Positions 37,180-49,027 of a stretch of DNA of 64,000 nt are shown piece by piece. Numbering within the stretch: the first letter of the stretch is position 1; the number at the start of each line of letters is the position of its first letter. The DNA is from Candidatus Deferrimicrobiaceae bacterium. Its GTDB lineage: Bacteria; Desulfobacterota; Deferrimicrobia; Deferrimicrobiales; Deferrimicrobiaceae. Under the pieces are notes generated by a model. It was not told where the DNA came from. It ran no database searches and worked only from the letters and a program-made list of their open reading frames with translations. Position numbers and translations under genes: made by a program. Location: positions 736,001-800,000 of the forward strand of contig CAWBVY010000006.1 of the NCBI GenBank assembly GCA_963792415.1, read 5' to 3'.

Positions 37180-38065
37180 CGAACTCCCCCCACATTTTCA
37201 CCTCGGGCAGGAGCAGGACGCCGCAGGATACCCGCACCGCGCTCTGGCCGCGGGACAGGAGCCGGCGGGCATCCGCCGCGGTGGCGCGTCCCCGGTTCAC
37301 GAGGAAGTTGGCGTGCTTCTCGGAGAAGCAGGCGTCCCCTTCCCGCTCCCCCTTCATTCCCGCCCGCTCGAGCAGTTGCCCGGCGCTCTCCGCGCCCCCG
37401 GGAGGATTCCGAAACGCGGACCCGAAGGTCTTCTCCCCCCACGGCTGGACGCTGCGACGCTTCTCGTTCATCTGCCGCATCCGCTCGAACACGCTCTCCC
37501 GCGTCCCGGGACCGAAACGGAATCCGGCCCGCACCACGATCCCCTGGACGGGGTATTTCGCCTCCCGGTACCCGAACCGGATCGCCCGCCCCTCGACCCG
37601 GACAGTCTTCCCCTCGGCGTCGACCACCTCCACCCACTCCGTCAACTCTCCGATGCTCTGGCCGTACGCCCCGGCGTTCATCGACAGCGCGCCGCCCACC
37701 GTTCCCGGGATCCCGGAGAGCGGCTCCATCCCGGAAAGTCCGGAGAGAGCGCAGAGCACGGCCAGCCGGGGGAGCATCACTCCCGCCTCGGCGACCACCG
37801 ACCCGTCGGAGAGGAACACCACCTTGGAGAGGTGCCTCTTCGTGCACAGCACGGTCGCCGACACGCCGCCGTCCGCCACCAGGAGGTTGGATCCCGCACC
37901 GAGGACCTGCACGGGGCGACCCGAACGGCCCTCCGCCACGACGACCTCCCGGACCTGCGCCGCCGACCGCGGAAACACCAGCCGATCGGCGGCGCCCCCG
38001 ATCCCGATGGTGGTGTACTCCCGCAGCTTCACCTGGAACGCGACCTCGATGTTCCGCACGACCAC
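37172..38065 (-). CDS. murB: UDP-N-acetylmuramate dehydrogenase
   Basis: LGAGSNLL, GIPGTVGGA..MNAGA, GSAFRNP and KHANF. Start approximate. Confidence 0.94.
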   Translation of the reverse strand: MVVRNIEVAFQVKLREYTTIGIGGAADRLVFPRSAAQVREVVVAEGRSGRPVQVLGAGSNLLVADGGVSATVLCTKRHLSKVVFLSDGSVVAEAGVMLPRLAVLCALSGLSGMEPLSGIPGTVGGALSMNAGAYGQSIGELTEWVEVVDAEGKTVRVEGRAIRFGYREAKYPVQGIVVRAGFRFGPGTRESVFERMRQMNEKRRSVQPWGEKTFGSAFRNPPGGAESAGQLLERAGMKGEREGDACFSEKHANFLVNRGRATAADARRLLSRGQSAVRVSCGVLLLPEVKMWGEFDD

Positions 38066-38090
38066 CCCGGCCTCCCTGCTTCTCCCGCCG

Positions 38091-39458
38091 CTACCGCGCG
38101 AGAAGACTTTCGCCCAGTTTCCAGACATCGCCGGCCCCCATCGTCAGAAAGATGTCCCCCGGCTGCAGGGTGGCGCGAACCGCCTCCCCCGCTCCCGCGG
38201 ATTTGCCCAGATACCGGGCCTCCCGGTGTCCGTGATCCCGGACCGCGGAGCACAACGCTTCGCCGGTGGCGCCCTCGATCGGCTCCTCCCCCGCGGAGTA
38301 CACCTCGAACACGACCAGCACGTCCGCGTCCTGGAACGCCGAAAGGAACTCCTTGAACAGCGCACGTGTGCGCGAGTACCGGTGCGGCTGAAATCCGACG
38401 ATGATGCGCCGGTCGGGCCAGACCTCCCGCGCCGCGGCAAGCGTCGCCCGGACCTCCACGGGGTGGTGGCCGTAATCGTCCACCACCGTGACGCCGTCGA
38501 TCTCTCCCTTCACCTGGAAGCGCCGCCCGACCCCGGCGTACGCGTACAGCCCCTCCCGCACCTGGTCGAACGTGATCCCGATTTCGAGTGCGACCGCCGC
38601 CGCCGCCAGGGCGTTGCTGACGTTGTGGCGCCCGGGCGCCCGGAGGAGGACCTCGCCGAGCCGCTCCCCCTTCGCGAATACGGCAAACCGGTTCGTCATA
38701 CCGGTCGCGACCACCTCTTCCGCACGGTAGTCCGCGGAACGGGAGAACCCGTAGGTGACGAAGGTCTTTTCCACGGAGGGGATCAACTCCTGGACATTGG
38801 GGTGGTCGATGCACAGGACCGAGAACCCGTAGAAGGGGACCTTGTTGATGAAGTGGAGGAACGTCTCCTTGATCTGCCCGATCCCGGAGTAGAAATCGAG
38901 GTGCTCCGGGTCGATGTTGGTGACCACCGCCACGGTGGGAGAGAGTTTCAGGAACGAGCCGTCGCTCTCGTCCGCCTCCGCGACAAGGAACTCCCCTTGA
39001 CCCAGCTTCGCATTGGATCCGAGGTTGTTCAGCTTTCCACCCACGACCGCCGTCGGATCCCAGCCGGCCGTCGCGAGCACCGTCGCGACCATCGAGGTCG
39101 TCGTCGTCTTTCCGTGCGTTCCGGCGATCGCAATTCCGTACTTCATCCGCATCAATTCCGCCAGCATTTCGGCGCGCGGGATCACGGGAATCTTCCGGCG
39201 GTGCGCCTCGAGGACCTCGGGGTTGTCGGACCGGACCGCCGAGGAGATGACGACAACGTGGCCGCCGGGGGGGATGTTCGAGGCGGAGTGTCCCGTCCGC
39301 ACCTCCGCCCCGAGCCGCGCGAGCCGCTCCGTCGTGTCGGAGCAGCGCAGGTCGGACCCGGACACCCGGTACCCGAGGTTCATGAGCAGTTCCGCGATCC
39401 CGCTCATCCCGATGCCGCCGATCCCGACGAAGTGGATGGGGAGTCCCTTCCTATACAT
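38091..39458 (-). CDS. murC: UDP-N-acetylmuramate-L-alanine ligase
   Basis: [26 protein letters not shown] and DDYGHHP motifs. Confidence 0.97.
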   Translation of the reverse strand: MYRKGLPIHFVGIGGIGMSGIAELLMNLGYRVSGSDLRCSDTTERLARLGAEVRTGHSASNIPPGGHVVVISSAVRSDNPEVLEAHRRKIPVIPRAEMLAELMRMKYGIAIAGTHGKTTTTSMVATVLATAGWDPTAVVGGKLNNLGSNAKLGQGEFLVAEADESDGSFLKLSPTVAVVTNIDPEHLDFYSGIGQIKETFLHFINKVPFYGFSVLCIDHPNVQELIPSVEKTFVTYGFSRSADYRAEEVVATGMTNRFAVFAKGERLGEVLLRAPGRHNVSNALAAAAVALEIGITFDQVREGLYAYAGVGRRFQVKGEIDGVTVVDDYGHHPVEVRATLAAAREVWPDRRIIVGFQPHRYSRTRALFKEFLSAFQDADVLVVFEVYSAGEEPIEGATGEALCSAVRDHGHREARYLGKSAGAGEAVRATLQPGDIFLTMGAGDVWKLGESLLAR

Positions 39459-40578
39459 CCGGTGATCCCTCCTCCCCGGAATCGTTCCCGGACAGCCGCA
39501 GCGCCGCGCGGACCGCCTCGACGGCCGCGCCGGGGCGGGAGAAGGAAACCGCCGCCGCTCCAGCACGCTCCCGCGCGGCCCGATCGCCGCCGAGGCTCCA
39601 CAGCGCCGACCAGAGCGCCTCCTCGGTCGCTTCGCTCTCCGGCAGCCACGCTCCGGCGCCGGAAGCGCAGAACTCCCTCGCGTTCCCCGTCTGGTGGTCG
39701 TCCGCCGCGAACGGGTACGGAACGAGCACGCACGGACGTCCGAAGAGCGCCGCCTCCGCAATGGAGAGGGCTCCGGCCCGCATCAGCACGGCGTGGCAAC
39801 GCGGGAACCAATCCCCGATCCGGTCCGTGAACGAAAACGACTCCACCGGGAGGGCCTCCTCCCGCGCCGATCGCGTCACCGCCTCGTGCTCGCGCGTCCC
39901 CGTCTGCAGCAGAAACCGGATCGACGTCCCCTCCCGCTTCGCTCTCCGGGCCATCCCGAGCACCCGGGTGTTGATCGCCCTCGCCCCCTGCGAGCCTCCC
40001 AGCGCCAGCACGGTGAACGGCGTCTCCGGCGCTCCCTCCCGTTCGCACGCTCGCGCCGCCGCGACGATCTCCGCGCGGACCGGGTTCCCCGTGACCTCCG
40101 CCCGGCCCGGCGGAAAGAAGGGGACCGCGCCCGAAAAGCCCGCGAACACCCGGACCGCGCGCCGCGCGAGAAAGCGGTTCGAACGCCCGGGCACGCTGTT
40201 CTGCTCCTGCAGGAACAGCGGGATGCCCAGGAGCGCGGCGGATAGCGCGACCGGCACCGAGGCGTATCCCCCCACGCCGAAGACCAGGTCCGGGCGGCGG
40301 CGCCTCAAGACCGCCATCGCCGCGGGAAATCCGAGCGCCATCCGGAGGGCGCCCGGGAGAGCCCCGATCCCCTTCCCTCGAACCTGGCCGGAGGGGACGA
40401 AGTCGATCGGGAACCCCCTGGCCGGAACGGCCCGCGCCTCAAGACCTTCCCTTGTCCCGACGAAAGAGACGGTGCCGTCGGGACAGAGGGAGAGAAACGC
40501 ATCAGCGAGGGCGATCCCCGGAAAGACGTGCCCACCGGTCCCTCCCCCGGCTACGATCATCCGCAGTGGCAAGGCCAT
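39451..40578 (-). CDS. murG: MurG glycosyltransferase
   Basis: [19 protein letters not shown] and GGSQGA motifs. Confidence 0.96.
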   Translation of the reverse strand: MALPLRMIVAGGGTGGHVFPGIALADAFLSLCPDGTVSFVGTREGLEARAVPARGFPIDFVPSGQVRGKGIGALPGALRMALGFPAAMAVLRRRRPDLVFGVGGYASVPVALSAALLGIPLFLQEQNSVPGRSNRFLARRAVRVFAGFSGAVPFFPPGRAEVTGNPVRAEIVAAARACEREGAPETPFTVLALGGSQGARAINTRVLGMARRAKREGTSIRFLLQTGTREHEAVTRSAREEALPVESFSFTDRIGDWFPRCHAVLMRAGALSIAEAALFGRPCVLVPYPFAADDHQTGNAREFCASGAGAWLPESEATEEALWSALWSLGGDRAARERAGAAAVSFSRPGAAVEAVRAALRLSGNDSGEEGSPDV

Positions 40579-41683
40579 CCGCCCCCTTCAGGGATATGTT
40601 CATCAGCACGCCGACCGCCGCCAGATGCACAATCAGGGAACTCCCCCCGTAGCTAAGGAACGGAAGCACCATCCCCTTCGGGGGGAGCATCGAAAGCCCC
40701 ACCATCATGTTCATCAGCGCCTGGATTCCGATCACGGAGGAAACCCCCATGGCGAGGTACATGCCGAACGGGTCCCGCGCCCGGCGAGCGATCCGGTACC
40801 CCACCCACACCATGATGACGAAGCACGCGCCGACCAGCACCACGCCCGCGAACCCGAGTTCCTCCCCGATCACCGAGAAGATGTAGTCGGTGTGTATCTC
40901 CGGCAGGTAGAAGAGCTTCTGCTTCCCCCCGCCGACGCCCGTCCCGAGGAGACCCCCGTTGGAAAAGGCAATCAGGGACTGCACGACCTGGTACCCTGCC
41001 GTCTGTGCCTGCGAGATCGGGTCGAGGAACGCCTGGATCCGCGCTACCCTGTACGGCTTGGCCAGGATGAGGAGAGCGGCGCCCCCGACGCCCACGGCGC
41101 CGAAGGCGGCCAGGAGTTTCCAGGGGAACCCGGCGATGAACACGATCACGAGGAAGGACGCGATGATCACGACGGCCATCCCGAAGTCCGGCTCCTTCAG
41201 GATCATCGCGACGAACATCCCCATCACCGCAAACATGGGGAGGAACGCGCGGTACCCCTGCTTCGGTTTCTCCCCGTTCCTGTCGATGGCCCAGGCGGCG
41301 AAGGCGAGCAGGGCGAACTTCGCGAACTCGGAGGGCTGGAAGGTGAAGAGGCGCAGGTTGATCCACCGGGAAGCGCCGTTCGCCCTGTGCCTGACCCCGG
41401 GAACGTACACCAGCAGCAGAAGCAGGAAGGCCGCCCCGACGATCCACACGATCCGCCGGCGGTAGAAGTCGTGGTCGAGGCGGGACAGGCCCATGGCGAA
41501 CGCGATCCCGATCGCCAGGAACAGGATCTGGCGCTTGAAGAAGTACGCCGGGTCGAACCCGTACCGGGCCGACGAACCCGCCATGACGTTCGTCGCGCTG
41601 TAGATCATGGTCATGCCGAGAACCGTGAGCGACAGGGCGCACAGAGTGAGGATCAGGTTCTCGTGGCGTTTCCCGAGGATCAT
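40502..41683 (-). CDS. ftsW: SEDS peptidoglycan polymerase FtsW
   Basis: QPSEFAK, EPDFG, LPEIHTDYIF and LPFLSYGGSS motifs. Confidence 0.96.
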   Translation of the reverse strand: MILGKRHENLILTLCALSLTVLGMTMIYSATNVMAGSSARYGFDPAYFFKRQILFLAIGIAFAMGLSRLDHDFYRRRIVWIVGAAFLLLLLVYVPGVRHRANGASRWINLRLFTFQPSEFAKFALLAFAAWAIDRNGEKPKQGYRAFLPMFAVMGMFVAMILKEPDFGMAVVIIASFLVIVFIAGFPWKLLAAFGAVGVGGAALLILAKPYRVARIQAFLDPISQAQTAGYQVVQSLIAFSNGGLLGTGVGGGKQKLFYLPEIHTDYIFSVIGEELGFAGVVLVGACFVIMVWVGYRIARRARDPFGMYLAMGVSSVIGIQALMNMMVGLSMLPPKGMVLPFLSYGGSSLIVHLAAVGVLMNISLKGADGLATADDRSRGRDRWARLSGDRPR

Positions 41684-43026
41684 CCGGGCAACCCCTCCAC
41701 GGCCTTGCGGAACGCCTCTCCGCGCTCCTCGAAGTTCCGGAACATGTCGAAGCTCGAGCACGCCGGCGAGAAGACGACCACGTCCCCCGTCCGGGCGGCT
41801 TCGGCCGCGGCCCGCACTGCCTGGGCGAGCGTGCCGGACACGGTGACCGGCGCCGCCCCCGCCAGCTCCCTCGCCATCCTCTCCCTGGCCTCACCGAGAA
41901 GCACGACGGCCCGGGCTTTTCTCCCGAGGGCGGACCGAAGGGGCCGGAAATCCACTCCCTTGTCCTTGCCTCCCGCGATCAGCACCACCGGTTCGGGGAA
42001 TCCGTCGAGGGCGGCGAGGACGGCGCCGACGTTCGTCCCCTTGGAATCGTTGTAATACGAAACTCCCGCGACCGATCGGACAAACTCCACCCGGTGCGGC
42101 AGTCCCGGGAACCGCGCGAGCTCCGCCAGCACGGCCGGCGGGGGGATCCCCATTGAGCGGGCGACGGCGATCGCCGCGAGGGCGTTCTCCACGTTCTGCA
42201 GACCGGGAATCTTAAGGACCGCCCGGGGATAGCGCTCCTCTCCCGAGGCCGTCCGGAGCACCATCTCTCCGCCGGACAGGAAGGCGCCCTCCCCCAAGGC
42301 CCGCGACACGGAGAACGGGAGGAGCCGCGCCCGGATCGGGCCCAGGCGCGCGGTCACCTCGGGGTCGTCGGCATTGACGACCGCGGTGTCGGAGGGACCC
42401 TGGTTCCGGAAGACAGCCATCTTGACATCGAAATACGCCTCCTTCGCCGGATACCGGTCACGATGGTCCTCGGTAAGGTTCAGGAGCGCCGCCACCCGGG
42501 GCCGGAAACTCGCGATCGACTCAAGCTGAAAGCTGGAGACTTCCACCACGCCCCAGTCGCAGGGTGCCCCCGCGGCGGCGACGAACGGCGTCCCGAGATT
42601 CCCCCCGACGAACACGTTCGGGAAGGCCCCGGAAGCCATCCCCCCGACGAGGGTGGTCACCGTCGACTTCCCGTTGGTACCCGTGATCGCCGCCACCTTT
42701 CCCCGAAACCTCCGGAACCCGAGCTCGAGCTCCCCCCATACCGGGACACCCGCCGCGGCGAGGGCCGAAAGGGGGAGCCTCTCCCGGGGGACGCCGGGCG
42801 ACACGACGAGCAAGGCGCTCCCCCGAACCTCCCCTTCCCCGGGCATCCCGCGCAGGAAGGCGATCCCGGGGGGGATCGGCTCGCGCAGCGACGCCTCGAC
42901 GTCCGCGCGCGGGCGGTCGTCCCGCAACGTGACCCGGGCTCCCTCCCCGGCCAGCAGGCGCGCCGCGAGGAGCCCTGACCGCCCGGCCCCCGCCACGATC
43001 ACGGGTTTCTCCGCGAAGGTTTCCAT
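41680..43026 (-). CDS. murD: UDP-MurNAc-L-Ala-D-glutamate ligase
   Basis: TGTNGKST, EVSSFQL, NDSKGTN and SPACSSFDMF motifs. Confidence 0.96.
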   Translation of the reverse strand: METFAEKPVIVAGAGRSGLLAARLLAGEGARVTLRDDRPRADVEASLREPIPPGIAFLRGMPGEGEVRGSALLVVSPGVPRERLPLSALAAAGVPVWGELELGFRRFRGKVAAITGTNGKSTVTTLVGGMASGAFPNVFVGGNLGTPFVAAAGAPCDWGVVEVSSFQLESIASFRPRVAALLNLTEDHRDRYPAKEAYFDVKMAVFRNQGPSDTAVVNADDPEVTARLGPIRARLLPFSVSRALGEGAFLSGGEMVLRTASGEERYPRAVLKIPGLQNVENALAAIAVARSMGIPPPAVLAELARFPGLPHRVEFVRSVAGVSYYNDSKGTNVGAVLAALDGFPEPVVLIAGGKDKGVDFRPLRSALGRKARAVVLLGEARERMARELAGAAPVTVSGTLAQAVRAAAEAARTGDVVVFSPACSSFDMFRNFEERGEAFRKAVEGLPG

Positions 43027-43028
43027 GA

Positions 43029-44105
43029 TCACCGGATCTTCAGCGTGCTGATCGCCAGCAGCGCGAGGATGATCGAGATGATCCAGAACCGGACAATGAT
43101 CTTCGGCTCGGCCCACCCCTGCAGCTCGAAGTGGTGGTGGATCGGCGCCATCCGGAAGATCCGCTTCCTCCGGGTCTTGTAGGAGGTCACCTGGAAGATC
43201 ACCGAGAGGGCCTCCACCACGAAGACCCCCCCCACCAGCACGAGGACGAGTTCCTGCTTCACCATCACCGCCACTGTCCCCATCGCGCCCCCCAGGGCAA
43301 GGGAGCCCGTGTCCCCCATGAACAGCTGTGCGGGGTAGGCGTTGAACCAGAGGAACCCGAGCCCCGCCCCCGCGAGGGCGCCGCAGAAGATCGTCAGCTC
43401 ACCGACGCCCGGGACGTACTGGATCTGGAGGTAGTTCGCGATCTTGACGTTGCCGGTGAGGTAAGCGAAGAGCATGTACGTCCCGGCGGCGATGATGGAG
43501 GGGCCGATCGCCAGACCGTCCAGCCCGTCGGTCAGGTTCACCGCGTTGGAGGCCCCCACGATCACGAGGACGGTGAACGGGATGTAGAAAATCCCGAGGG
43601 AGGGGCGGACGTTCTTGAGGAAGGGGATGATCACCGTGTCCTTGATGCCGACATCCATGTAGATGAGCCCTGCGGCGGCGGCGGCAAGGACGACCTGGGC
43701 GATCAGTTTCCTGCGCGGGCTCAGCCCCTTCGTGTCCTTCCGGATGACCTTCCTGTAGTCGTCGACGAAACCGATCGTGCCGAATCCGAGCGTCACGAAC
43801 ACGGCGATCCAGATGTAATGGCTCCCGAGGTTCGCCCACAACAGCGTAGGGATGACCGTCGCAAGGACGATGAGCAACCCCCCCATCGTCGGAGTCCCTT
43901 CCTTGGTGAGATGGCTCTCCGGGCCGTCCTGCCGGATGGTCTGCCCGATCTGGTGACTCCGGAGAACACGGATCATCCAGGGGCCGAGGAGAAAGGAGAT
44001 CAGAAGCGCGGTGATCGCGGCGTAGATCGTCCGGAACGTGATGTATCGGAACACGTTGAAGAACGAATAGCTCTCGTGGAGCGGGAATAGGAGGTGATAA
44101 AGCAT
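43029..44105 (-). CDS. mraY: Phospho-N-acetylmuramoyl-pentapeptide transferase
   Basis: [22 protein letters not shown] and MAPIHHHFE motifs. Confidence 0.98.
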   Translation of the reverse strand: MLYHLLFPLHESYSFFNVFRYITFRTIYAAITALLISFLLGPWMIRVLRSHQIGQTIRQDGPESHLTKEGTPTMGGLLIVLATVIPTLLWANLGSHYIWIAVFVTLGFGTIGFVDDYRKVIRKDTKGLSPRRKLIAQVVLAAAAAGLIYMDVGIKDTVIIPFLKNVRPSLGIFYIPFTVLVIVGASNAVNLTDGLDGLAIGPSIIAAGTYMLFAYLTGNVKIANYLQIQYVPGVGELTIFCGALAGAGLGFLWFNAYPAQLFMGDTGSLALGGAMGTVAVMVKQELVLVLVGGVFVVEALSVIFQVTSYKTRRKRIFRMAPIHHHFELQGWAEPKIIVRFWIISIILALLAISTLKIR

Positions 44106-44109
44106 TCTC

Positions 44110-45507
44110 TTACGCCATGACCTCCATGAGATCCGCCGCCACCTCGTCGAGGCGCATCCCCCGCGATCCCTTCACCAGGACGACGTCCCCTTCCCGGACG
44201 AATCCGCGGACCGCCTCCCGGAGCCTCGCGCGGTCGGTCGTGTGATCGATCGCGGCGTCCCTCATCCCCCCCTCCTTCGCCCCGCGCGCGGCATGGGCCG
44301 CGTCGGCGCCGAACGCGAAGAGCCGGTCCACGGAGAGAGCGGCGATCAGGTGTCCGAGGCGGAAATGCGACGCGGGAGAGTTCTCTCCGAGTTCCAGCAT
44401 GTCGCCGAACACGACGACGGTGCGCCGACCCCGGGCCAGCGACGCGAGGGAGCGCAACGCGGCCTCGGTGGATGCGGGATTGGCGTTGTAGCTGTCGTCC
44501 AGCAGGAGCCCGCCTCCCCGAAGCGGCACGGCGTGAAACCGGCCAGGCACGGAGACGAAGCCAGCGAACCCCTCTTCCATCTCTTCGGGGCGCATCCCGA
44601 GGGTGAAGGCAGCGGCCGTCGCCGCGAGGGCGTTCATCAGGTGGTGCTCCCCGGCGACCCCGACGAAGGAAGAGAACTCGCCCGCCGGCGTTTGAACGAC
44701 GATCCGCATCCCCGCGTCGGACATCGAGACGATCCGTCCGGAGAAGTCGTTCAGCGCGACGCCGTAGTGGACCTTTTCCGCGCGGCAACGTCCCGCCTCG
44801 CGGACGACGCGGAGGTCGGTCGCGTTGACCACGGCGGTGCCGCTGCCGCCAAGGGCCCGGAAGAGGTCCCCCTTCTCGCGCGCGATTCCTTCCATGGTGC
44901 CGAACCCTTCGAGGTGCGCGGGGGCGATGTTGGTGATCACCGCGATGTCGGGGCAGGCGATGTCGGCCAGCCGGGCGATCTCCCCCGGGGCGTTGGATCC
45001 CATCTCGAGGATCGCCGCGTCATGCTCCCCGGACAGTTCGAGCAGCGCCAGGGGCATCCCGATCAGGTTGTTCCGGTTTCCGGGATTTCGCAGCACGCGG
45101 CGGGACCGCGAGAGGAGACAGGACAGCATCTCCTTCGTGGTCGTCTTCCCGGAACTCCCGGTGATTCCCACCAGGGGGATGTCCCGGTGCCGATGCCGGT
45201 GGGCCCGCGCCATGTCGCCGAGGGCTTCCACCGGGTCCCGGACGACGAAGACCGGCTTCGTCCCGGCCAGTCCGCCCGGCACCTTCCGCGCGCCCGCCTC
45301 CGAGACGATCGCGGCGAGCGCGCCTTTACCGAACGCCTCGGCGACGAAGTCCGCGCCGTCGGCACGCTCCCCCGGGAGGGCGATGAAGACGGAACCCGGC
45401 CCTATGTTCCGGCTGTCGGCGGTGACCGCCCCGATCGGTTCCGACGGGGAGATCCCCCCCGCCTCCCGCAACGGGTGGATCGCCCCGATCACTTCGGGGA
45501 GCGTCAT
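44110..45507 (-). CDS. murF: UDP-MurNAc-tripeptide-D-Ala-D-Ala ligase
   Basis: [20 protein letters not shown] and KGSRGM motifs. Confidence 0.96.
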   Translation of the reverse strand: MTLPEVIGAIHPLREAGGISPSEPIGAVTADSRNIGPGSVFIALPGERADGADFVAEAFGKGALAAIVSEAGARKVPGGLAGTKPVFVVRDPVEALGDMARAHRHRHRDIPLVGITGSSGKTTTKEMLSCLLSRSRRVLRNPGNRNNLIGMPLALLELSGEHDAAILEMGSNAPGEIARLADIACPDIAVITNIAPAHLEGFGTMEGIAREKGDLFRALGGSGTAVVNATDLRVVREAGRCRAEKVHYGVALNDFSGRIVSMSDAGMRIVVQTPAGEFSSFVGVAGEHHLMNALAATAAAFTLGMRPEEMEEGFAGFVSVPGRFHAVPLRGGGLLLDDSYNANPASTEAALRSLASLARGRRTVVVFGDMLELGENSPASHFRLGHLIAALSVDRLFAFGADAAHAARGAKEGGMRDAAIDHTTDRARLREAVRGFVREGDVVLVKGSRGMRLDEVAADLMEVMA

Positions 45508-45508
45508 C

Positions 45509-47008
45509 CTACTTCCCCGCTGCAAGCACGTCCCGGACCGCTTGCCGGTCGTCGAACGGCAGGCGCCGGTCTCCGATGATCTGGACATCCTCGTGTCCTT
45601 TCCCGACGATCGCCACAGTGTCCCCCGGCTCCGCGAGAGAGAGGGCGAGAGCGATCGCCGCTTTCCTGTCGGCCTCCACACGGAAGAATCCCTCCCGCCA
45701 GGCGGCCGGTCCATGCGCCTCCATGAGCCCCTCCGACATCAACCCGGGGACGATCTCCGCGAGGATCGCCGCGGGGTCCTCGTCCCGCGGGTTGTCGGAG
45801 GTCACCACGACGATGTCGGACCGCAACGCCGCCACCCGGCCCATCGCGGGGCGCTTCCCGCGGTCGCGGTTTCCCCCGCAGCCGAACACGGTGATGAGCC
45901 GTCCCTCCGTCAACCCCCGCAGGGTCGAAAGAATCCGGTCCATTCCGTCCGGGCTGTGGGCGTAGTCCACGAATACATGGAACCCCCTCGTGTTCGCCAC
46001 CGGCTCCAGTCGACCCGGGATCGTCCCGGCGGCGGCGATACCGGCGGCAATCGTCGCGGGAGAAACGGAGAGGAGGAGACCTCCCGCGACGGCCGCCATC
46101 ACGTTCGACACGTTATGCGCCCCGATCAAGGGCGAGCGCAGCTCCAGGGAGCCGGCCGGCGTGGCGAGAACCATGCGGGTCCCTTCCCACGTCATCGCCA
46201 TCTCCTCGGGGTGAATGTCCCAGGAACGGGAGAACCCGAACGTAGTCGCGGAGGGACATTCCTGCGCGATGCGCTCGCCGTACGGATCATCTCCGTTCAC
46301 CGCGATCCCGGTGTTTTTTCCGCCGGCGGGGAGGTATTCCCGGAAGAGTCGCGCCTTGGCGGAGAAGTACGATTCCATGTCGCCGTGGAAGTCGAGGTGG
46401 TCTCTGGTGAGGTTCGTGAAGATCCCCACGTCGAACCGGACCCCCTCGATCCGTCCCTGCGCCGCGCTGTGGGAAGACACCTCCATCAGCAGGTCGGTGG
46501 CCCCGAGGGCGACGGCCTCGGCCATCACCGCCTGGAGTTCGTGGGGGAACGGCGTGGTCAACCCCTTCCGGAGGACCGTGCCGGCCACCCGGTAATCGAT
46601 CGTGCCGATCACCGCGGGGACGCTGCCGGCCGACGCCAGGATCGCCTCGATCAGGTACGTGACCGTCGTCTTCCCGTTGGTCCCGGTGACGCCCGTCACC
46701 CGCAGCTTCGCGGACGGATCGCCGTGGAACGCCACGGCCACCCCCGGCAGTACCGCCGTCGTGGAGGGTACGCGCACGACCGGCAGGGGGGGAGAGGGAA
46801 GATCGCGCTCCACCAGGGCCGCTGCCGCGCCGCCGCGCGCCGCATCGGCAAGATACGCGTGGCCGTCGACGCGGGCGCCGGAAACGGCAACGAAGAGGTC
46901 ACCGGGCCGCACGGAGCGCGAATCGACGCTGATCCCTCCGATCCCGATCCCTCCCAATGGGCCGGCGGGCACGGGAACGATCCCCGCCAGGAGTTCGGCC
47001 AGTGTCAC
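45509..47008 (-). CDS. murE: UDP-MurNAc-dipeptide-meso-DAP ligase
   Basis: TGTNGKTT, MEVSSH, DYAHSPD, DNPR (DAP-specific) and GKGHE. Confidence 0.96.
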   Translation of the reverse strand: MTLAELLAGIVPVPAGPLGGIGIGGISVDSRSVRPGDLFVAVSGARVDGHAYLADAARGGAAAALVERDLPSPPLPVVRVPSTTAVLPGVAVAFHGDPSAKLRVTGVTGTNGKTTVTYLIEAILASAGSVPAVIGTIDYRVAGTVLRKGLTTPFPHELQAVMAEAVALGATDLLMEVSSHSAAQGRIEGVRFDVGIFTNLTRDHLDFHGDMESYFSAKARLFREYLPAGGKNTGIAVNGDDPYGERIAQECPSATTFGFSRSWDIHPEEMAMTWEGTRMVLATPAGSLELRSPLIGAHNVSNVMAAVAGGLLLSVSPATIAAGIAAAGTIPGRLEPVANTRGFHVFVDYAHSPDGMDRILSTLRGLTEGRLITVFGCGGNRDRGKRPAMGRVAALRSDIVVVTSDNPRDEDPAAILAEIVPGLMSEGLMEAHGPAAWREGFFRVEADRKAAIALALSLAEPGDTVAIVGKGHEDVQIIGDRRLPFDDRQAVRDVLAAGK

Positions 47009-49026
47009 CGCGCGCCCTTGCCGGCGGCGATCTTCAACGGCGGCTCCGCCGTGAACGTCACGGAGCACTCGGTCCCGGGGACGAGGACCGCTCCCGGATC
47101 CGGCTTCTGCGCCCTGGCGACTCCGCTTCCGGTAAGCGAGAGCTTGACCGAGTACCCTCCCATGATGTCGACGACCCTTCCCATCGACAGCCCCGAGAGG
47201 TCGGGCATGACCATCGTGCCCGCGGTCCGTGCCGTCGAGACCCGCGTCACAAGGCTCGACGGCGAAGGTCCCGAAGGACGGGCGGCGGCGAGCGCCGCCG
47301 TCTCCGTCGGCTGGATGCCCAGGTAGTACGCCGTCTTGACCGCGATCTGGTTGAAGGCCGGGGCGGCGACGACACCCCCGTACACCTGCCCTTGCGGCTC
47401 GTCGATCACGACCAGGATGAGCAGCTTCGGATCGTTCCGCGGGAGGAAGCCGATGAAGGAAGCGGTTCGCTTCGTCGCGGAGTACCGGCCCGACCCGGGC
47501 TCGACCTTCTGCGCCGTTCCTGTTTTCCCCCCGACGAGGAATCCCTTGATGCGCGCCTGCGTTCCCGTCCCGTCCTCCTCGACCACCTTCCCGAGGATCT
47601 CCCTCATCTGCTCCGAGGTCTTCGGGGAGAGAACCCGTCGAAGCTCCTGCGGCTCGCCGCGGAACACGGTCTTCCCCTCCGGGTCGCGGATCTCCCGGAC
47701 CAGGAACGGTTTCATCACCTTTCCGCCGTTGATCACGGCCGCCATCCCGGCGGCAAGCTGCAGCGGCGTGACCGAGATCCCCTGGCCGAAGGAGACGGTG
47801 GCCCGGCGGATGCGGCTTTCGAAGACGCGTCGGGACGGCGCGATGCCCGGGACCTCCCCCCGGAGCTCGATCCCGGTGCGGGACCCGAAGCCGAAGGCCC
47901 GGATCATGTCGTAGAACCGGTTCCCGTCCATGCGCTCGTTGATCTTCGTGATGCCGATGTTGCTGGAAAACTTGACCACCTCCGGCGCGGTAAGCCACCC
48001 GTACCGATGCGTGTCGTGGATCACCTCCCCTGCGTAGCGGTAGGATCCGTTCTCGCAGAAGAACCGGTCCGTGGCGCGCACCGCTCCCAGTTCGAGGGCC
48101 GAGGCGAGGGTGAATACCTTGAAGGTCGATCCGGGCTCGAAGCTGTCGGTCAGGGAACGGTTCTTCCGCGCCTCCGCGGGACCGCGGGCGGGAGCGTTCG
48201 GGTTGAACGACGGCGCCGTCGCCATCGCGAGGATCTCCCCCGTTCCGGGCGAGAGCACCACGGCCATGCCTCCGCGGGCGTTGTACTTCTCGACCGCCGC
48301 CTGAAGCTCGCTCTCCGCAACGTGCTGGATGTTCCGGTCGATCGTGAGGGCGACCGAGTGCCCCTTCGAATTGACCTCCACGGGCGTCGTAGCGGGCACG
48401 ATAAGGCGGCCCCGGGCGTCCCGCTCGCAAAGGAGGGACCCTTGCTCGCCGCGCAGGTACCTGTCCATGGAGAGCTCGACTCCCTCCATCCCCTCGCTGT
48501 CAAGGTTGGTGAAGCCGACGAGGGACGCGGCCAGTTCCCGGTTCGGGTAGAAACGTTTCGGTTCCTCGACGGTCCCGATGCCGTCGACCGCCGACGGCTT
48601 CCCATGGGCTTCGGGATCGAGAGCGGAGAGCGCCTGCTTCACCTCCCTCACCGCTTCCTCCGCGGCGGTTGACGGCATCTGACGTCGCACCCACACGAAC
48701 CCCTTGTCCCCGGCGAACAGTTTCCGGAGCTCCCGGGCGGAACGGGATACCCGGGGGGCGAGGAGTTCGGCCGCCTTCTTGGGATCGCGCAGCTTCGCCG
48801 GCTGGACGAAGATCGATTTCGTGGCGATGCTCACCGCGAGCTCGGTTCCCGTCCGATCCAGGATCACACCCCGCTGGGGGAGGAGGGGGATGATGGAGCA
48901 GTACTGCTTCGCTCCGCGGTCACGGATCTCCCTGATCCCGAGAACCTGGATCTGGAACGCCCGCAATACGACGAGGACGTAGAGGGAGAGGAGTACGCAG
49001 AGGATGAGGCGCGCGCGGGAGGTCAT
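47005..49026 (-). CDS. ftsI: PBP3/FtsI transpeptidase with C-terminal PASTA domain
   Basis: RGVILDR, EPGSTFK (SxxK), SSN, KTGTAQ and a C-terminal PASTA-like segment (MPDLSGLS). Confidence 0.95.
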   Translation of the reverse strand: MTSRARLILCVLLSLYVLVVLRAFQIQVLGIREIRDRGAKQYCSIIPLLPQRGVILDRTGTELAVSIATKSIFVQPAKLRDPKKAAELLAPRVSRSARELRKLFAGDKGFVWVRRQMPSTAAEEAVREVKQALSALDPEAHGKPSAVDGIGTVEEPKRFYPNRELAASLVGFTNLDSEGMEGVELSMDRYLRGEQGSLLCERDARGRLIVPATTPVEVNSKGHSVALTIDRNIQHVAESELQAAVEKYNARGGMAVVLSPGTGEILAMATAPSFNPNAPARGPAEARKNRSLTDSFEPGSTFKVFTLASALELGAVRATDRFFCENGSYRYAGEVIHDTHRYGWLTAPEVVKFSSNIGITKINERMDGNRFYDMIRAFGFGSRTGIELRGEVPGIAPSRRVFESRIRRATVSFGQGISVTPLQLAAGMAAVINGGKVMKPFLVREIRDPEGKTVFRGEPQELRRVLSPKTSEQMREILGKVVEEDGTGTQARIKGFLVGGKTGTAQKVEPGSGRYSATKRTASFIGFLPRNDPKLLILVVIDEPQGQVYGGVVAAPAFNQIAVKTAYYLGIQPTETAALAAARPSGPSPSSLVTRVSTARTAGTMVMPDLSGLSMGRVVDIMGGYSVKLSLTGSGVARAQKPDPGAVLVPGTECSVTFTAEPPLKIAAGKGAR

Positions 49027-49027
49027 C